DNA of 56,006 nt, taken from positions 1 to 56,006 of the forward strand of contig CACDEI010000004.1 of NCBI GenBank assembly GCA_902551695.1, read 5' to 3'. This DNA comes from an uncultured Pseudomonadota bacterium (GTDB taxonomy: Bacteria; Pseudomonadota; Gammaproteobacteria; Ga0077536). The notes under the pieces are model-generated. The model saw only the letters and a program-made list of their open reading frames with translations. It did not search any database and was not told the DNA's origin. Positions within the stretch are counted from its first letter, which is position 1. Each line of letters starts with the position of its first letter. Below are positions 44,248-54,642 of the stretch, piece by piece. The translations under genes were made by a program, and so were the position numbers.

Positions 44248-46795
44248 CCCAATTCACATCTTTAGTTTTTATTCGGCAAAGGAGTTGCTGCTCGCAGTTT
44301 TTACAAGTAGTCTGATTTCTTTTAGGACTAACCAAAGCAAAGCCATCTTGCAATTCAGTAGCGAGCGCTTCGAGACTCGTCTGCCAGTCGGGATATTTCA
44401 CTCCAAAATCGAAAATGTCCCGACTCAAAAACTTCGAGTTAAAATTATCTACTTTTCCAAAGGCAACACTCGAGACATCCTCAACTGAAGAATAAACTGC
44501 ATAAAGCAACAATTGGGCAGAATCAGGTCTAGGAGGATTAAGAACCGACAAACTACATTCACCCGTTTTATAATCGACAATTCGTTTTGTGCCATCGTCT
44601 AAGACATCTACTCGGTCAACTCGACAGACGAGCTTTAAATCATTGATTTCGACTTCTATCTCTTTCTCCAACATAAAAGCCACAAAAGGTTTTGTATTTT
44701 TCTCAAATCTAAGCCAACTGATTAGGAGCTTATTAAGGAGTTGCTCTTCAACGGCCCCGCAGGCTGCCTCCATTTTGGTGGGATCTCTAAATTGCTCTAA
44801 ATTTTTGTTTACCGCCATCTGCACTACTAGCGAAAGCTCACTTTCTCTTTTTACCATAAGACTGGAATGTTTTTTTAGGCCATTCCATATGGTAGCCAGT
44901 GCTTTGTGTGTAACTATCCCTCTTGCTTTGCGACTTATGCCTGGGGCCACTTCCTCAGGTGCAATCGAGTTGAGTCGATACCTAGCAAAACCCTTAAACG
45001 GGCAAGCAGCTTGGGCCTCCAAAACAGACGCCCCACCTTTTAACACACTTTCCTTGGGCATTTTTGGACCGAAATCATCTATTGAGGAACTAAGCTGTAT
45101 TCTTTTTGAAGTACACTCACGGTCAGAAAAATTTTCCCCCGGTAGAGATGCGTGTTGCAACCCTGGAGCAAAAGCAGAAGGTAAAATTTCAACACCTTTA
45201 TCCAACTCCGAGTAGCTTAGGTTAATTTCCTTCCGATTGCGGCATAAAGATTCAAAAAGTATTCTGCGATAGGTGAAATCGACGGAAGGATGCGAGCCTG
45301 GAATACCAACCATTCGTTGCTCAGCAAAAGGCAGCATCGTTACTATCTCAACCTGGAGGGACGGTTTTTTGACCGTACATTCGGTAATCCATAAATGCGT
45401 GGGATCGACAGTCACGGCCTCCTCTGCATCAACAACGTAGATATTGGTTGGACCTTGAAGGTTTCTTACTTTTTTTGCGTTAAACGCATTTTTTAAGTGC
45501 CAAACGACCTCAGCATAAGAAACAGAGCCAAGGACCGCATTTAACTCAGCGACCTGATCTAAAACAGACGCGAAATCATCAAGAAGCTCCGAAGCTATCA
45601 AAAGCTTACTGTCACCATGCAACCAATGAACCGACTTCCATCTTTTTTTGAAAAAGGAGAGCCATTCCGGAACACTTCTTTTACGGCCAATACTCTTGTT
45701 GCTATGCAGAATTTCAACCAATATTGCCTTTAAGATGGGGCATTTTTTTGTGGATTCCAAAACTTCAATTACCCACTTCAACGGCCATTCATAACGACCC
45801 CTGCCTCTCAAATCTAAATCAAAGAGGGCCCGTTCTGAGCCTTCACTGTCAGCACCATGGAGGAGCGGATGATTTATTAGATTACTTAACAAGTCCCAAC
45901 GCGGTACATCTTTTATCTCCAAAATTAAAAAGGCCAACTTAACAAACGGCTTTTCTGCGAGAGCTGCCTGGTGTGAGTAATAGAAAGTACCGTCTAATAC
46001 GTCCTCACAAACCGACCGAACAACCACAGTGTCTGATGGATTACTATCTACCACCACCGCGACTTTCGCAGAAGGATTAGCTCCAGCTGTTCGCCTAGCC
46101 CAATTCAAAGATAGTTCTAATTCTCTTATTTTACTCGAAAATTTATGATGGTGAACAGCTGGTGTCCCCACTCTACTTGCTAGAGCATCACGGCTATTCC
46201 TTTTAAGCCAAGATTGTATAACCGGCGCTGGAGAAAAAAGACCATGTGCTGTGACTTTATCAACGCACTGTTCAGACAACGAACTTAGCATTAACGAGAC
46301 CTGATCCAAGGCGCCCAGTTTTATCAGGCTAGATCGATATTTTTTTAAAAGTTCCAAATAGACTTTTGAGGCATTTGAACCCTGTTTCCCAAGTTGACCA
46401 CTGTCTAATCGCCAATAGCTTTGTGTCTTCCATGCAACTCTTACCTCATGGGCGATCTGAACAGTTGAGGACCAATCTAAGCTCATATTCTTCTTTACAA
46501 TCTTTTGCCAAAGAGCCTGCTCTTGCATTGTCGTCAATACAAATTTTTCATCTGCTGTTACGGAATTGCGCAAGCACGTCAAATAATGTTGCTCAGACAA
46601 ATAGTTCTCTAGAGTCGCAACCTTAGGGAATCTCTCCAAAGACTTAGACGAGTTAAGTGCCATCCACTCTATAACCCGATTCAAAGCAGCTAGATTCCTA
46701 GAATTACTTACTACCACATTTGAGCAAGGCTCCTCGGAACAATTGAAAAACCCAAGGTTATTTTGGTTAATTTTAAATTCCGGTTCCTTACGCAA
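44234..46795 (-). CDS. addB: PD-(D/E)xK nuclease family protein, AddB-like subunit with Fe-S staple cysteines
   Basis: 853 aa. AGGAGG then 8 nt then TTG 46795. Nuclease motif RIVDYKTGE, upstream QAACPFKGFARYRL, C-terminal CKNCEQQLLC (CxxCx5C). Overlaps addA by 14 nt. Confidence 0.75.
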   Translation of the reverse strand: MRKEPEFKINQNNLGFFNCSEEPCSNVVVSNSRNLAALNRVIEWMALNSSKSLERFPKVATLENYLSEQHYLTCLRNSVTADEKFVLTTMQEQALWQKIVKKNMSLDWSSTVQIAHEVRVAWKTQSYWRLDSGQLGKQGSNASKVYLELLKKYRSSLIKLGALDQVSLMLSSLSEQCVDKVTAHGLFSPAPVIQSWLKRNSRDALASRVGTPAVHHHKFSSKIRELELSLNWARRTAGANPSAKVAVVVDSNPSDTVVVRSVCEDVLDGTFYYSHQAALAEKPFVKLAFLILEIKDVPRWDLLSNLINHPLLHGADSEGSERALFDLDLRGRGRYEWPLKWVIEVLESTKKCPILKAILVEILHSNKSIGRKRSVPEWLSFFKKRWKSVHWLHGDSKLLIASELLDDFASVLDQVAELNAVLGSVSYAEVVWHLKNAFNAKKVRNLQGPTNIYVVDAEEAVTVDPTHLWITECTVKKPSLQVEIVTMLPFAEQRMVGIPGSHPSVDFTYRRILFESLCRNRKEINLSYSELDKGVEILPSAFAPGLQHASLPGENFSDRECTSKRIQLSSSIDDFGPKMPKESVLKGGASVLEAQAACPFKGFARYRLNSIAPEEVAPGISRKARGIVTHKALATIWNGLKKHSSLMVKRESELSLVVQMAVNKNLEQFRDPTKMEAACGAVEEQLLNKLLISWLRFEKNTKPFVAFMLEKEIEVEINDLKLVCRVDRVDVLDDGTKRIVDYKTGECSLSVLNPPRPDSAQLLLYAVYSSVEDVSSVAFGKVDNFNSKFLSRDIFDFGVKYPDWQTSLEALATELQDGFALVSPKRNQTTCKNCEQQLLCRIKTKDVNWDDAN

Positions 46796-46832
46796 AAATC
46801 ATACCTCCTACAACGTAGCCCGGTAGTAAATG

Positions 46833-47279
46833 TTACGGCTTCGCCTCAAGCTTGGCTTTTATAAAATCACTTTGAGATAAGTATAAAAGATCTTTAATTT
46901 TCCTTATGTAGTATTCTTCATATTTATCCAGTTGGCCATCCGCGTAAGCGACTTTCCACAAAATAACCAACAGGTCATATTTTTCTTTTCTCGAACAACT
47001 ATCATTTATGAGGGATGTAAATTCAAAGAAAGATATTGATTCTTCTACCACGGCTATTACTTTTTTGAAAATCTCATTAATTTCGTGGTTGGTTTTATGT
47101 AAGATATTTTTTACCCCTTCTATTACTACTTCCTTCTCAAGATCATCTATCTCATCATCAGCACGGGCTATTTCAAGCATGAGGACACCAGCGGCAATAC
47201 CCAAACCTTCGTCCTCTGCTGTTTCCTTGAGTGTTGATTTATCTTCAAATAAATTTTTTAGAGCTTCAAGTATCATCAA
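46833..47279 (-). CDS. TerB-family (tellurite-resistance/DjlA N-domain-like) protein
   Basis: 148 aa, all-helical. Two acidic repeats: IARADDEIDDLEKEVV and VAYADGQLDKYEEYYI. Confidence 0.7.
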   Translation of the reverse strand: MMILEALKNLFEDKSTLKETAEDEGLGIAAGVLMLEIARADDEIDDLEKEVVIEGVKNILHKTNHEINEIFKKVIAVVEESISFFEFTSLINDSCSRKEKYDLLVILWKVAYADGQLDKYEEYYIRKIKDLLYLSQSDFIKAKLEAKP

Positions 47280-47388
47280 ATTTCCAATTTTTTTTACAAT
47301 AATATCAATTTTATAAGTTAAAGTTGACTTTACCTGACTAGGAAGAAACTTAGATCCTTAAACAAACCCAAAAAAGAGAGGTTAAAAA

Positions 47389-48123
47389 ATGAGGTCTAAT
47401 AAATTGCGATTTTTTGTAGAGAAACCTCTAAAACCTGGGGCGGAGCTGAAGCTTGCCGAAAGTGCAAGCCACAAGATCCGCTCAGTACTACGGCTTAGAA
47501 AAAGGGATGAAATAGTTGTCTTTAACAATCAATATTTGGAATTTAAAGCCACCATCAAGGAGATTGATAAAAAATACGTGACCATTCTCACCACCGAAGA
47601 GATAAAAACCGCTGTTGAGTCCCCCCTTCAAATAAAACTAATTATCGCAATAATAAAGCCGGAAAAAATGGACTATGCCCTCCAAAAGGCAACAGAGCTC
47701 GGAGTCACGTCTATATTGCCTTTCTTCTCGGCCAGGTCTGTTATAAAAATCAATGATGAGAGGAGGGAGAAGCGTCTTATTCATTGGAGGAATATAATAC
47801 GCAGCGCCTCAGAGCAGTGCGGCCGAAGGACAATTCCAGACCTTTACCCTTTTAGTCCTTTAAGCCAAATCTTGGACCTGACAAAAGACTTCGAATTTCT
47901 TATATTGGACCCCCATGCCAGAGCAAAGATGAGTTGTCTTCCTCGCAGTCAGAAGCCAATAGCAATTGTTTGCGGACCGGAGGGCGGCCTCAATGAAGAA
48001 GAAATTCATAGTTTAATTAATCGAGGAGGCAAAAATATAAACATAGGACCTCGAGTCTTACGGGCTGAAACCGCGAGCACCTGTGCTTTAACTATCGCGC
48101 AGTCTCTTTGGGGCGATATGTAA
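47389..48123 (+). CDS. rsmE: 16S rRNA (uracil1498-N3)-methyltransferase
   Basis: 244 aa. N-terminal RFFVEKPLKPG...HKIRSVLRLRKRDEIVVFNN PUA-like part and a C-terminal SPOUT part with GPEGGLNEEE. Confidence 0.88.
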   Translation: MRSNKLRFFVEKPLKPGAELKLAESASHKIRSVLRLRKRDEIVVFNNQYLEFKATIKEIDKKYVTILTTEEIKTAVESPLQIKLIIAIIKPEKMDYALQKATELGVTSILPFFSARSVIKINDERREKRLIHWRNIIRSASEQCGRRTIPDLYPFSPLSQILDLTKDFEFLILDPHARAKMSCLPRSQKPIAIVCGPEGGLNEEEIHSLINRGGKNINIGPRVLRAETASTCALTIAQSLWGDM

Positions 48124-48237
48124 GAATAGAAACCCTAATGCATTTTTTTGAAATCGGAACGCTCTTAAAAATACGAATTAAAGTACACCGAATTAAAAGG
48201 TAAGTTATAATTAGGCAAAATTCTCTAAGGTATATTT

Positions 48238-49632
48238 ATGGACAATAAATCCGAAAAGAAGCCCTGGGGCGGACGTTTTTCTGAACCCACCAATCAATTT
48301 GTTGAGCGATTTACCGCTTCCATCAATTTCGACAAGAGACTCGGTCTTTATGACGTAACAGGCTCTAAGGCCCATGCCCAAATGTTAGAGAAATGCGGGA
48401 TAATATCCTCCGAAGAGCTGAGACAAATTGATAATGGACTAGAAGAAATTGCCGATACTATCAGAAACGGAACATTCAAGTGGTCAGCGGCACTAGAGGA
48501 TGTGCACATGAATATTGAAGGCGAGTTGGTCAATCGAATAGGAGAGGTTGGAAAAAAATTACACACGGCCAGATCTCGAAATGACCAAGTCGCTACTGAC
48601 CTACGCCTCTTCTTGAGGGATAAGACTGATGAATCGGTAGAAGAATTAAAGGATTTAGTGAGGGCCATTGTCCAACTCGCTCACAAAGAATCAGCCACTT
48701 TGATGCCCGGTTATACTCACCTTCAAGTGGCCCAACCTGTAACTTTCGGCCACCACCTGCTAGCTTGGGCCGAGATGATACTGCGAGATATATCGAGATT
48801 CAAAAACTGCCGATCGAGGATTAACATCCTTCCGCTAGGATCCGGAGCACTTGCTGGAACAACCTTCCCTATAGATCGTCGCATCACTGCAGAAATTTTA
48901 GGTTTCGATGACATCTCTGAAAACTCAATGGATAGCGTTGCTGACCGAGATTTCGTAATAGAATTTGTTTCAGCAGCAACTATGACTATGATGCACTTCT
49001 CAAGAATTTGTGAAGAACTAGTTCTTTGGTGTTCCCAACCTTTCTCTTTTATTGAACTGGGAGACGCCTTCTGCACTGGCTCATCAATGATGCCTCAGAA
49101 AAAAAATCCTGACGTACCAGAGTTAATCAGAGGAAAATCAGGTAGGGTCTACGGTCATCTAATGGGGTTGATCACATTAATGAAGTCTCAGCCACTAACC
49201 TACAACAAAGACAACCAAGAGGACAAGGAACCCTTATTCGATACTGTAGACACTCTGATAGATTGTACCAAGGCCCTCAATTTATTAATTCCCAGCATCA
49301 ATCCAAATCCTTCTGCCATGTCTGAAGCCGCGGAAAAGGGCTTTATTTTAGCAACCGACATTGCTGATTATCTGGTGAGAAAAGGTATCTCCTTTAGAGA
49401 CGCACATGAAACTGTGGGTCAACTGGTCAAATTTGCGGTCGATCAAAATTGCCAGCTCGAAGATCTGAAGTTGGCAGAATTCCAAAAAGCGAACAAGGTA
49501 TTTGATGCAAAGGTGTTTGACATATTAACCCCAGACAAAGCACTAGCATCGAGGAGCCACCAAGGCGGCACAGCTCCCGAGCAAGTCAAGAAAGCGTGTG
49601 CAAGAATAGCTATCCGGATCGAGAAAATATAG
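48238..49632 (+). CDS. argH: argininosuccinate lyase
   Basis: 464 aa. WGGRFSEPTNQFVERF start, TARSRNDQV, and the fumarate-lyase signature GSSMMPQKKNPD. Confidence 0.93.
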   Translation: MDNKSEKKPWGGRFSEPTNQFVERFTASINFDKRLGLYDVTGSKAHAQMLEKCGIISSEELRQIDNGLEEIADTIRNGTFKWSAALEDVHMNIEGELVNRIGEVGKKLHTARSRNDQVATDLRLFLRDKTDESVEELKDLVRAIVQLAHKESATLMPGYTHLQVAQPVTFGHHLLAWAEMILRDISRFKNCRSRINILPLGSGALAGTTFPIDRRITAEILGFDDISENSMDSVADRDFVIEFVSAATMTMMHFSRICEELVLWCSQPFSFIELGDAFCTGSSMMPQKKNPDVPELIRGKSGRVYGHLMGLITLMKSQPLTYNKDNQEDKEPLFDTVDTLIDCTKALNLLIPSINPNPSAMSEAAEKGFILATDIADYLVRKGISFRDAHETVGQLVKFAVDQNCQLEDLKLAEFQKANKVFDAKVFDILTPDKALASRSHQGGTAPEQVKKACARIAIRIEKI

Positions 49633-52517
49633 TGAAATTAAAATATTTAAAACCCTTGAGCTTGATTGTTGCCGGGATATTATTCACAGTCCTCCTGGCT
49701 TTAAGTATTTTTCTTGCTGCCGTCGATCCCAATGAATATAAAAACGAAATAGAAAATCAGTTTAGAGCATCGACTGGAAAGACTCTGCGTCTAAATGGTC
49801 CTATCGAACTTTCAATTTTGCCAAGATTGCTTTTAGAGGCTTCGGATATCGAGATCGTGAACGAGGAAAACTTTCACATTCCTCAATTCCTTCGATTAAG
49901 CTCAATTCGAATAAGTGTCAACATGTTCAGCCTAATAAGGGGCGACATAGAGATGGACGCGCTTACCATCGATCAACTTAAAGTCAATCTTGTAAAGGAT
50001 GAACGTGGAATTGCTAATTGGCTAATGAGCCAAAACGCTGAAGAGGCGAAGAAAGAAGAGACTTCCTCAAAGCTATTAGCTGTTTTCTTGGGCGGCGTAA
50101 ACATCAATAATTCAGAAATTAAGTTTCATGACGAGGCAACCAAAAGAAGAATCAGTGTTTCTGATATAAATATCAAAATTTCCGAGCTTAGCTTTGAAAA
50201 GCCGGTGGAACTAGTTGGATCTATTAAATTCACAGATACTGGACAAGAACTTAGTGGCAACGCTGAAGTACTAGGCACGATAACCTATGGACTTAAAGAA
50301 AAATTCTACGCATTCGATGACCTCAAGTTAGATGGAAAGATAAAAAGTAAAAAAATTGGACTAACAGAGGAAGATTTCTCTCTCTTTTTTAAGGGGAAAA
50401 TTGAACACGAAGAGCAATATCTCACAATAGACAAGTTGCAATTATCCGGGCTGAAAACTAATCTAAACGCTTCGGTAAGCAAACTTCCGCTAGGTCGAAA
50501 CCAAACCAAAACATTAGGGGCGGTCAAATTCAATAGCGAAGATTTGAGTCAGCCGATTGGGATTTTAGCACCTAATTTAGCGATAGGGTTAGACAAAAAG
50601 AAGCAGCAGGCAACCCTAGACATCGAATTTGAGGCCGATCTTCAATCAGGGGATTTTAAAATCACCAATGTAGACGCTCTAGCTCTAGGAGCCGCCATCG
50701 AAGGGAATTTCGAAGCTGAGAATATGTTTTCGTCGAAACCGAAGATAAATGGTAGCTTAAAAGCCAACACTCGAGACTTTTTGCCACTACTGAAAATCCA
50801 TCAGCATTTCGACGAAAAAATGAGCGAAGAATTTTTTGAGAATTTAGGTAGGTTAAAAAATCGTAGTTTGAGCTTCGCGACCTCCCTAAAGACTCTTCCT
50901 AAAGACAACATGATTGTACTCGAAGAATTACAATTAGATCTTCTAGGTTTCAAGCTAGGCTCTAATTTGCTAATTAACCAAACAAGTGGGAGACAAAATT
51001 TAGGCGGAACTTTGACTCTTAATAGTGAAAATTTGAACAGCATTCTTTTGCTTTTTAATAAACCCCAACTTCCAAGGAAATTGGGGCCAACTAATCTACT
51101 TTTGAAATTCGAAGGTGATTCCGAAAAATTATCACTAACATCATCAGGCACTATTTACGGGGCCTCCTCTAATATCAAGGTCTTTGAAGTAATAGGCGAA
51201 GACATATCGATCAACATAGAAGACGGAAACATCTCAGTGCCCGAATTATTTTTGACAGGCCTAGGATCAAAAACAAAACTGTCAGGCTTAGCTTCTACGA
51301 TGTACTCATCACCTACTGGCACCATTCAGATGAATGCGTCTGACTTCAACCCTAAAACGTGGCTAGACTTTTTTGAGATTGATTTCCAATCAAACGATGA
51401 CGGGGCTTTGCAAAAATTAGAGGCAATGATTTCTGCTGAATTCTCCAAAAAATCTATAGCAATTAGTCAACTGGATATTAGACTGGATGACACCTACTTG
51501 CATGGGCAGATAAAAATTCAAAGACTCCCAAAAATCCAAACAGAATTCGATCTTACAGTAGATGAAATTAATTTTGACAAGTATCTAACAACCGAGAAAA
51601 AGACCCCACTTTCCCCTGAAGTGGCCGCTGTCGGAGCCACTACTCTACCTAACGATATTTTGAGAAGTCTGAACGGAAATGGAAAAATTCAGATTGATAG
51701 GCTTAAAATTTCTAGTCTTACGATTGAGAACTTAATTATCAACGGCCATGCAAACAATGGTCGAATAGAAATTGACCCAATTGAAGCGACTCTTTACGAG
51801 GGGAACTACGCCGGCGTGGTCTCAGTGGATGCAACAAAGCGAGATTCGGCTATAAACATAAAAACTAAACTCGACGGAATAGAAATAGGCCCTTTGCTCC
51901 ACGATAAGACTGGTAGTAACTATTTAAAAGGCAGTGGAAGCGTAGGGTTTGATTTAACAGCATCGGGGAAGTCAATGGACCAATTGCTAAGATCAGCACG
52001 AGGAAATAGCGTCATAACCCTAAACAAAGGCGTTTTTACAGGGATTGATACTCCAGCTTTACTTGCGACAGCTGAGAAAATTTTAGAGTGCAAGTGCCTA
52101 CAATCACCCCCTAAAGGAGGAGCCACCAAATTCGAGAGACTAAACGCTTCTTTGGCAATCAACAATGGTAGTGTCGTAAGCAACGATTTTTATGTAGAGG
52201 GAGAGGGGTTTGTCATTAAGGGAAGCGGGCGTGCAAATTTAATAAAAGAGCAATTGCAGCTAAATCTAGCTTTAGACGTTCCGCGCTCTAGAGTTCAAAG
52301 CGGGGAACAAGCCTACAACCTCGGAGGATATTCGATCCCTTTAAGATGCAACGGTGACTTTCAAAATCCAGGCTGTAAACCAAATCTTCAACCTATATTG
52401 AAAGACATTGTGAAGAATAAAGCGAAAAAAAAGATTGAAAAGGTATTAAGCGAGAAGCTTAAAGATACTATTGGTTCTGATGCAGAGAAGGCTTTGAAAA
52501 AACTTTTTAATTTTTAG
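49632..52517 (+). CDS. AsmA family outer-membrane assembly protein
   Basis: GTG 49632 (overlapping the argH TAG by 1 nt) gives VKLKYLKPLSLIVAGILFTVLLAL (anchor), followed by a long beta-rich repetitive body and a C-terminal AsmA-like region. About 960 aa. Confidence 0.75.
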   Translation: MKLKYLKPLSLIVAGILFTVLLALSIFLAAVDPNEYKNEIENQFRASTGKTLRLNGPIELSILPRLLLEASDIEIVNEENFHIPQFLRLSSIRISVNMFSLIRGDIEMDALTIDQLKVNLVKDERGIANWLMSQNAEEAKKEETSSKLLAVFLGGVNINNSEIKFHDEATKRRISVSDINIKISELSFEKPVELVGSIKFTDTGQELSGNAEVLGTITYGLKEKFYAFDDLKLDGKIKSKKIGLTEEDFSLFFKGKIEHEEQYLTIDKLQLSGLKTNLNASVSKLPLGRNQTKTLGAVKFNSEDLSQPIGILAPNLAIGLDKKKQQATLDIEFEADLQSGDFKITNVDALALGAAIEGNFEAENMFSSKPKINGSLKANTRDFLPLLKIHQHFDEKMSEEFFENLGRLKNRSLSFATSLKTLPKDNMIVLEELQLDLLGFKLGSNLLINQTSGRQNLGGTLTLNSENLNSILLLFNKPQLPRKLGPTNLLLKFEGDSEKLSLTSSGTIYGASSNIKVFEVIGEDISINIEDGNISVPELFLTGLGSKTKLSGLASTMYSSPTGTIQMNASDFNPKTWLDFFEIDFQSNDDGALQKLEAMISAEFSKKSIAISQLDIRLDDTYLHGQIKIQRLPKIQTEFDLTVDEINFDKYLTTEKKTPLSPEVAAVGATTLPNDILRSLNGNGKIQIDRLKISSLTIENLIINGHANNGRIEIDPIEATLYEGNYAGVVSVDATKRDSAINIKTKLDGIEIGPLLHDKTGSNYLKGSGSVGFDLTASGKSMDQLLRSARGNSVITLNKGVFTGIDTPALLATAEKILECKCLQSPPKGGATKFERLNASLAINNGSVVSNDFYVEGEGFVIKGSGRANLIKEQLQLNLALDVPRSRVQSGEQAYNLGGYSIPLRCNGDFQNPGCKPNLQPILKDIVKNKAKKKIEKVLSEKLKDTIGSDAEKALKKLFNF

Positions 52518-52521
52518 GTCC

Positions 52522-53106
52522 GTGCAAAACCAATCAAACAAAAAAGTCGCAGTACGCTGGATAATAACTTTAGGACTTCTAATCTCCAGCATGATTGTCA
52601 GTTCTGCGTCCCTTAAAAAAAGCTCAATCGAATATAAAGATAAAAGATTTTTATATTCTTTTGAAGCGCAGATTAATGCGCGTCACGACAGAGTATTAGA
52701 CAAGCTACATAACTTTGAACAATGGGATAGATTGAACGGCAACATATCAAAAAGTAAAGTATTGGAAACTCTTCCGGGAAACAAAATAAAAAGGCTCCTC
52801 ACGCTAACCCAGTGTATTTTTACTTTTTGCTTCAATCTTAAGTTTGTCGAGATCGTAACTTTATCCAAAGATAGGTTGGAAATGAATATTGTTGCTGGAG
52901 AGGGAAACTTTTCCGCTGGTCGGGCAATCTGGGAGACTGTTTCAGAGGGGACATACAGAACATTGATTAGAGTTAATGCCACACTTAGTCCAGACTTCTG
53001 GATCCCACCAGTAGTAGGACCACTTGTTTTAGAAAAAGTATTCTTAAAGCAAATAAAGAAAACTATAGAGACAATCGAAACGCTCGCAAAACCCAGAGAA
53101 GACTAA
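52522..53106 (+). CDS. SRPBCC/START-fold protein with an N-terminal anchor (tentative)
   Basis: 194 aa, GTG start. Hydrophobic N-terminus WIITLGLLISSMIVSSA. The remainder has the length and pattern of a polyketide-cyclase/START-like domain. Confidence 0.45.
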   Translation: MQNQSNKKVAVRWIITLGLLISSMIVSSASLKKSSIEYKDKRFLYSFEAQINARHDRVLDKLHNFEQWDRLNGNISKSKVLETLPGNKIKRLLTLTQCIFTFCFNLKFVEIVTLSKDRLEMNIVAGEGNFSAGRAIWETVSEGTYRTLIRVNATLSPDFWIPPVVGPLVLEKVFLKQIKKTIETIETLAKPRED

Positions 53107-53121
53107 CGGTTTGAATTTGAA

Positions 53122-54186
53122 ATGGCAAATAAGAAGTTCTCTGATTTACTTTTAAATTGGTTTGACCTCTATGGTCGACATGATCTACCTTGGCAAAAGA
53201 ACCCAACACCCTATCGGGTTTGGGTTTCCGAGATAATGCTTCAGCAAACCCAGGTTCAAACTGTAATACCGTTCTTCACAAACTTCGTAAGGTTATTTCC
53301 TAGTATAAAAGTATTATCGGAAAAAAATCTCGATGAAGTTCTTAATTCATGGTCAGGCCTAGGATATTACAGTAGAGCGAGAAATTTGCATAAAGCAGCT
53401 AGAATGATAGAAGAAAAATACGGAGGAGTGATGCCCACAACAACTGAGGAACTGATGGGGTTGCCCGGAATCGGCAAATCTACAGCTGGAGCAATAATTG
53501 CTTTAGCGTTAAATCGACCCGCAGCTATTTTAGATGCAAACGTAAAAAGAGTTCTAAGTAGATATCATGCAATAAAAGCAAAACCGGAAACCGCGAGGAC
53601 AAAAAAACAATTGTGGGCTAATGCGGAGATGCATGTGCCGACAAGTCGTCACCGCGAATACACTCAGGCACTTATGGACTTGGGAGCAATGGTGTGCAAG
53701 AAAGACCCTATTTGTTCCAGATGTCCCTATACTAATTCATGCGCCGCTTATTTATCTAACAGTACTCGGATTTTTCCAGGATCGGGAAAGAAGAAATCAT
53801 CTAAAACCAAATCAACCTATATTGCCATCATCAGAAATAGAAAGCGTGAGATTTTATTAGAAAGGCGACCAGAATCTGGAATTTGGGGAGGACTCTGGAG
53901 TTTCCCTGAGTTCGACGAAAAGAATGGTGCTGAGACAATTATTTTAAATGTTATGGATTCAGCAAATTACTATTGTGAACAGCTCCCACCAAAACACCAT
54001 CACTTCACTCACTTCAAACTAATATTAAAACCCCTACTTTTTACGTTAATCGGAGATAACTCCAGACTTCTCGAAAATGATGGTAGAATGTTCTTTCAAA
54101 AAAAATCAGCCAAAACAATCGGCACACCCAAGCCGGTAGTAGATTTGCTGAATGACCTTTGGCGAAAAAATAAGGAAAATAGCTAG
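53122..54186 (+). CDS. mutY: A/G-specific adenine DNA glycosylase
   Basis: LPWQKNPTPYRVWVSEIMLQQTQV, GLGYYSRARNL, HhH-GPD LPGIGKSTAGAI, Fe-S cluster CKKDPICSRCPYTNSC, and a NUDIX-like C-terminus. Confidence 0.92.
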   Translation: MANKKFSDLLLNWFDLYGRHDLPWQKNPTPYRVWVSEIMLQQTQVQTVIPFFTNFVRLFPSIKVLSEKNLDEVLNSWSGLGYYSRARNLHKAARMIEEKYGGVMPTTTEELMGLPGIGKSTAGAIIALALNRPAAILDANVKRVLSRYHAIKAKPETARTKKQLWANAEMHVPTSRHREYTQALMDLGAMVCKKDPICSRCPYTNSCAAYLSNSTRIFPGSGKKKSSKTKSTYIAIIRNRKREILLERRPESGIWGGLWSFPEFDEKNGAETIILNVMDSANYYCEQLPPKHHHFTHFKLILKPLLFTLIGDNSRLLENDGRMFFQKKSAKTIGTPKPVVDLLNDLWRKNKENS

Positions 54187-54458
54187 TGGCCAGAAACGTA
54201 AAATGCGTTAAACTTGGAAAAGAACTTGAAGGCTTAGAACGGCCTCCTTACCCGGGTGACCTTGGCTCGCGCATATTAGAAAACGTCAGCAAAGAAGGTT
54301 GGAATATGTGGCTTCAGCATCAGACGATTTTGATAAACGAGTATAGGCTTACTCCGATAGAACCAAAGGATAGAAAATTCCTTGAAGACGAGATGGAAAA
54401 GTTCTTTTTTGACGGGGGCTCCGATAGGCCGCATGAATTTGTTGATCCACACAGCTAA
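54186..54458 (+). CDS. yggX: Fe(2+)-trafficking / oxidative-damage protection protein YggX
   Basis: 90 aa. MARNVKCVKLGKELEGLERPPYPGDLGSRILENVSKEGWNMWLQHQTILINEYRL aligns by eye to E. coli YggX. Conserved position after mutY. Confidence 0.9.
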   Translation: MARNVKCVKLGKELEGLERPPYPGDLGSRILENVSKEGWNMWLQHQTILINEYRLTPIEPKDRKFLEDEMEKFFFDGGSDRPHEFVDPHS

Positions 54459-54506
54459 ATTCATATGATTTTAGCCTTTGGATAACGTAGAATTAATGTT
54501 AATCAA

Positions 54507-54582
54507 GGCCAGGTAGCTCAGTTGGTAGAGCAGGGGACTGAAAATCCCTGTGTCGGCAGTTCGATTCTGTCCCTGGCCACCA
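54507..54582 (+). tRNA. tRNA-Phe (anticodon GAA), CCA encoded
   Basis: GGCCAGG-TA-GCTC-AGTTGGTA-GAGC-A-GGGGA-CTGAAAA-TCCCT-GTGTC-GGCAG-TTCGATT-CTGTC-CCTGGCC-A-CCA folds as a 76-nt cloverleaf. Close to E. coli tRNA-Phe. Confidence 0.95.
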
Positions 54583-54642
54583 CTATACCCCTAATTTAAT
54601 TAAAGAAATCGGGGTTTAAACTCCCTCTCTAACACCCTTCTA

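Noticed and set aside
44589-45215. 208-aa plus-strand ORF inside addB
   Set aside because: It is antisense to a gene with clear nuclease and Fe-S motifs. The Ser/Leu-rich low-complexity translation has no start context. It is long for an AT-rich genome but still best explained as a shadow frame.
48206-48211. Perfect TATAAT 27 nt upstream of the argH ATG, with nearby CGAATTAAAG direct repeats considered as ARG boxes
   Set aside because: There is no acceptable -35 at 16-18 bp, and the repeats lack the TGAAT/ATTCA palindromic character of ARG boxes. Chance occurrence is likely in AT-rich DNA.
53122-54582. mutY-yggX-tRNA arrangement
   Set aside because: mutY-yggX linkage is a well-known conserved synteny in gammaproteobacteria. 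It is ordinary and was used only as taxonomic support.
54587-54615. ACCCC-N19-GGGGT followed by TTAAA just after tRNA-Phe, considered as the tRNA terminator
   Set aside because: The stem is only 5 bp, the loop is 19 nt and the U-tract is poor.
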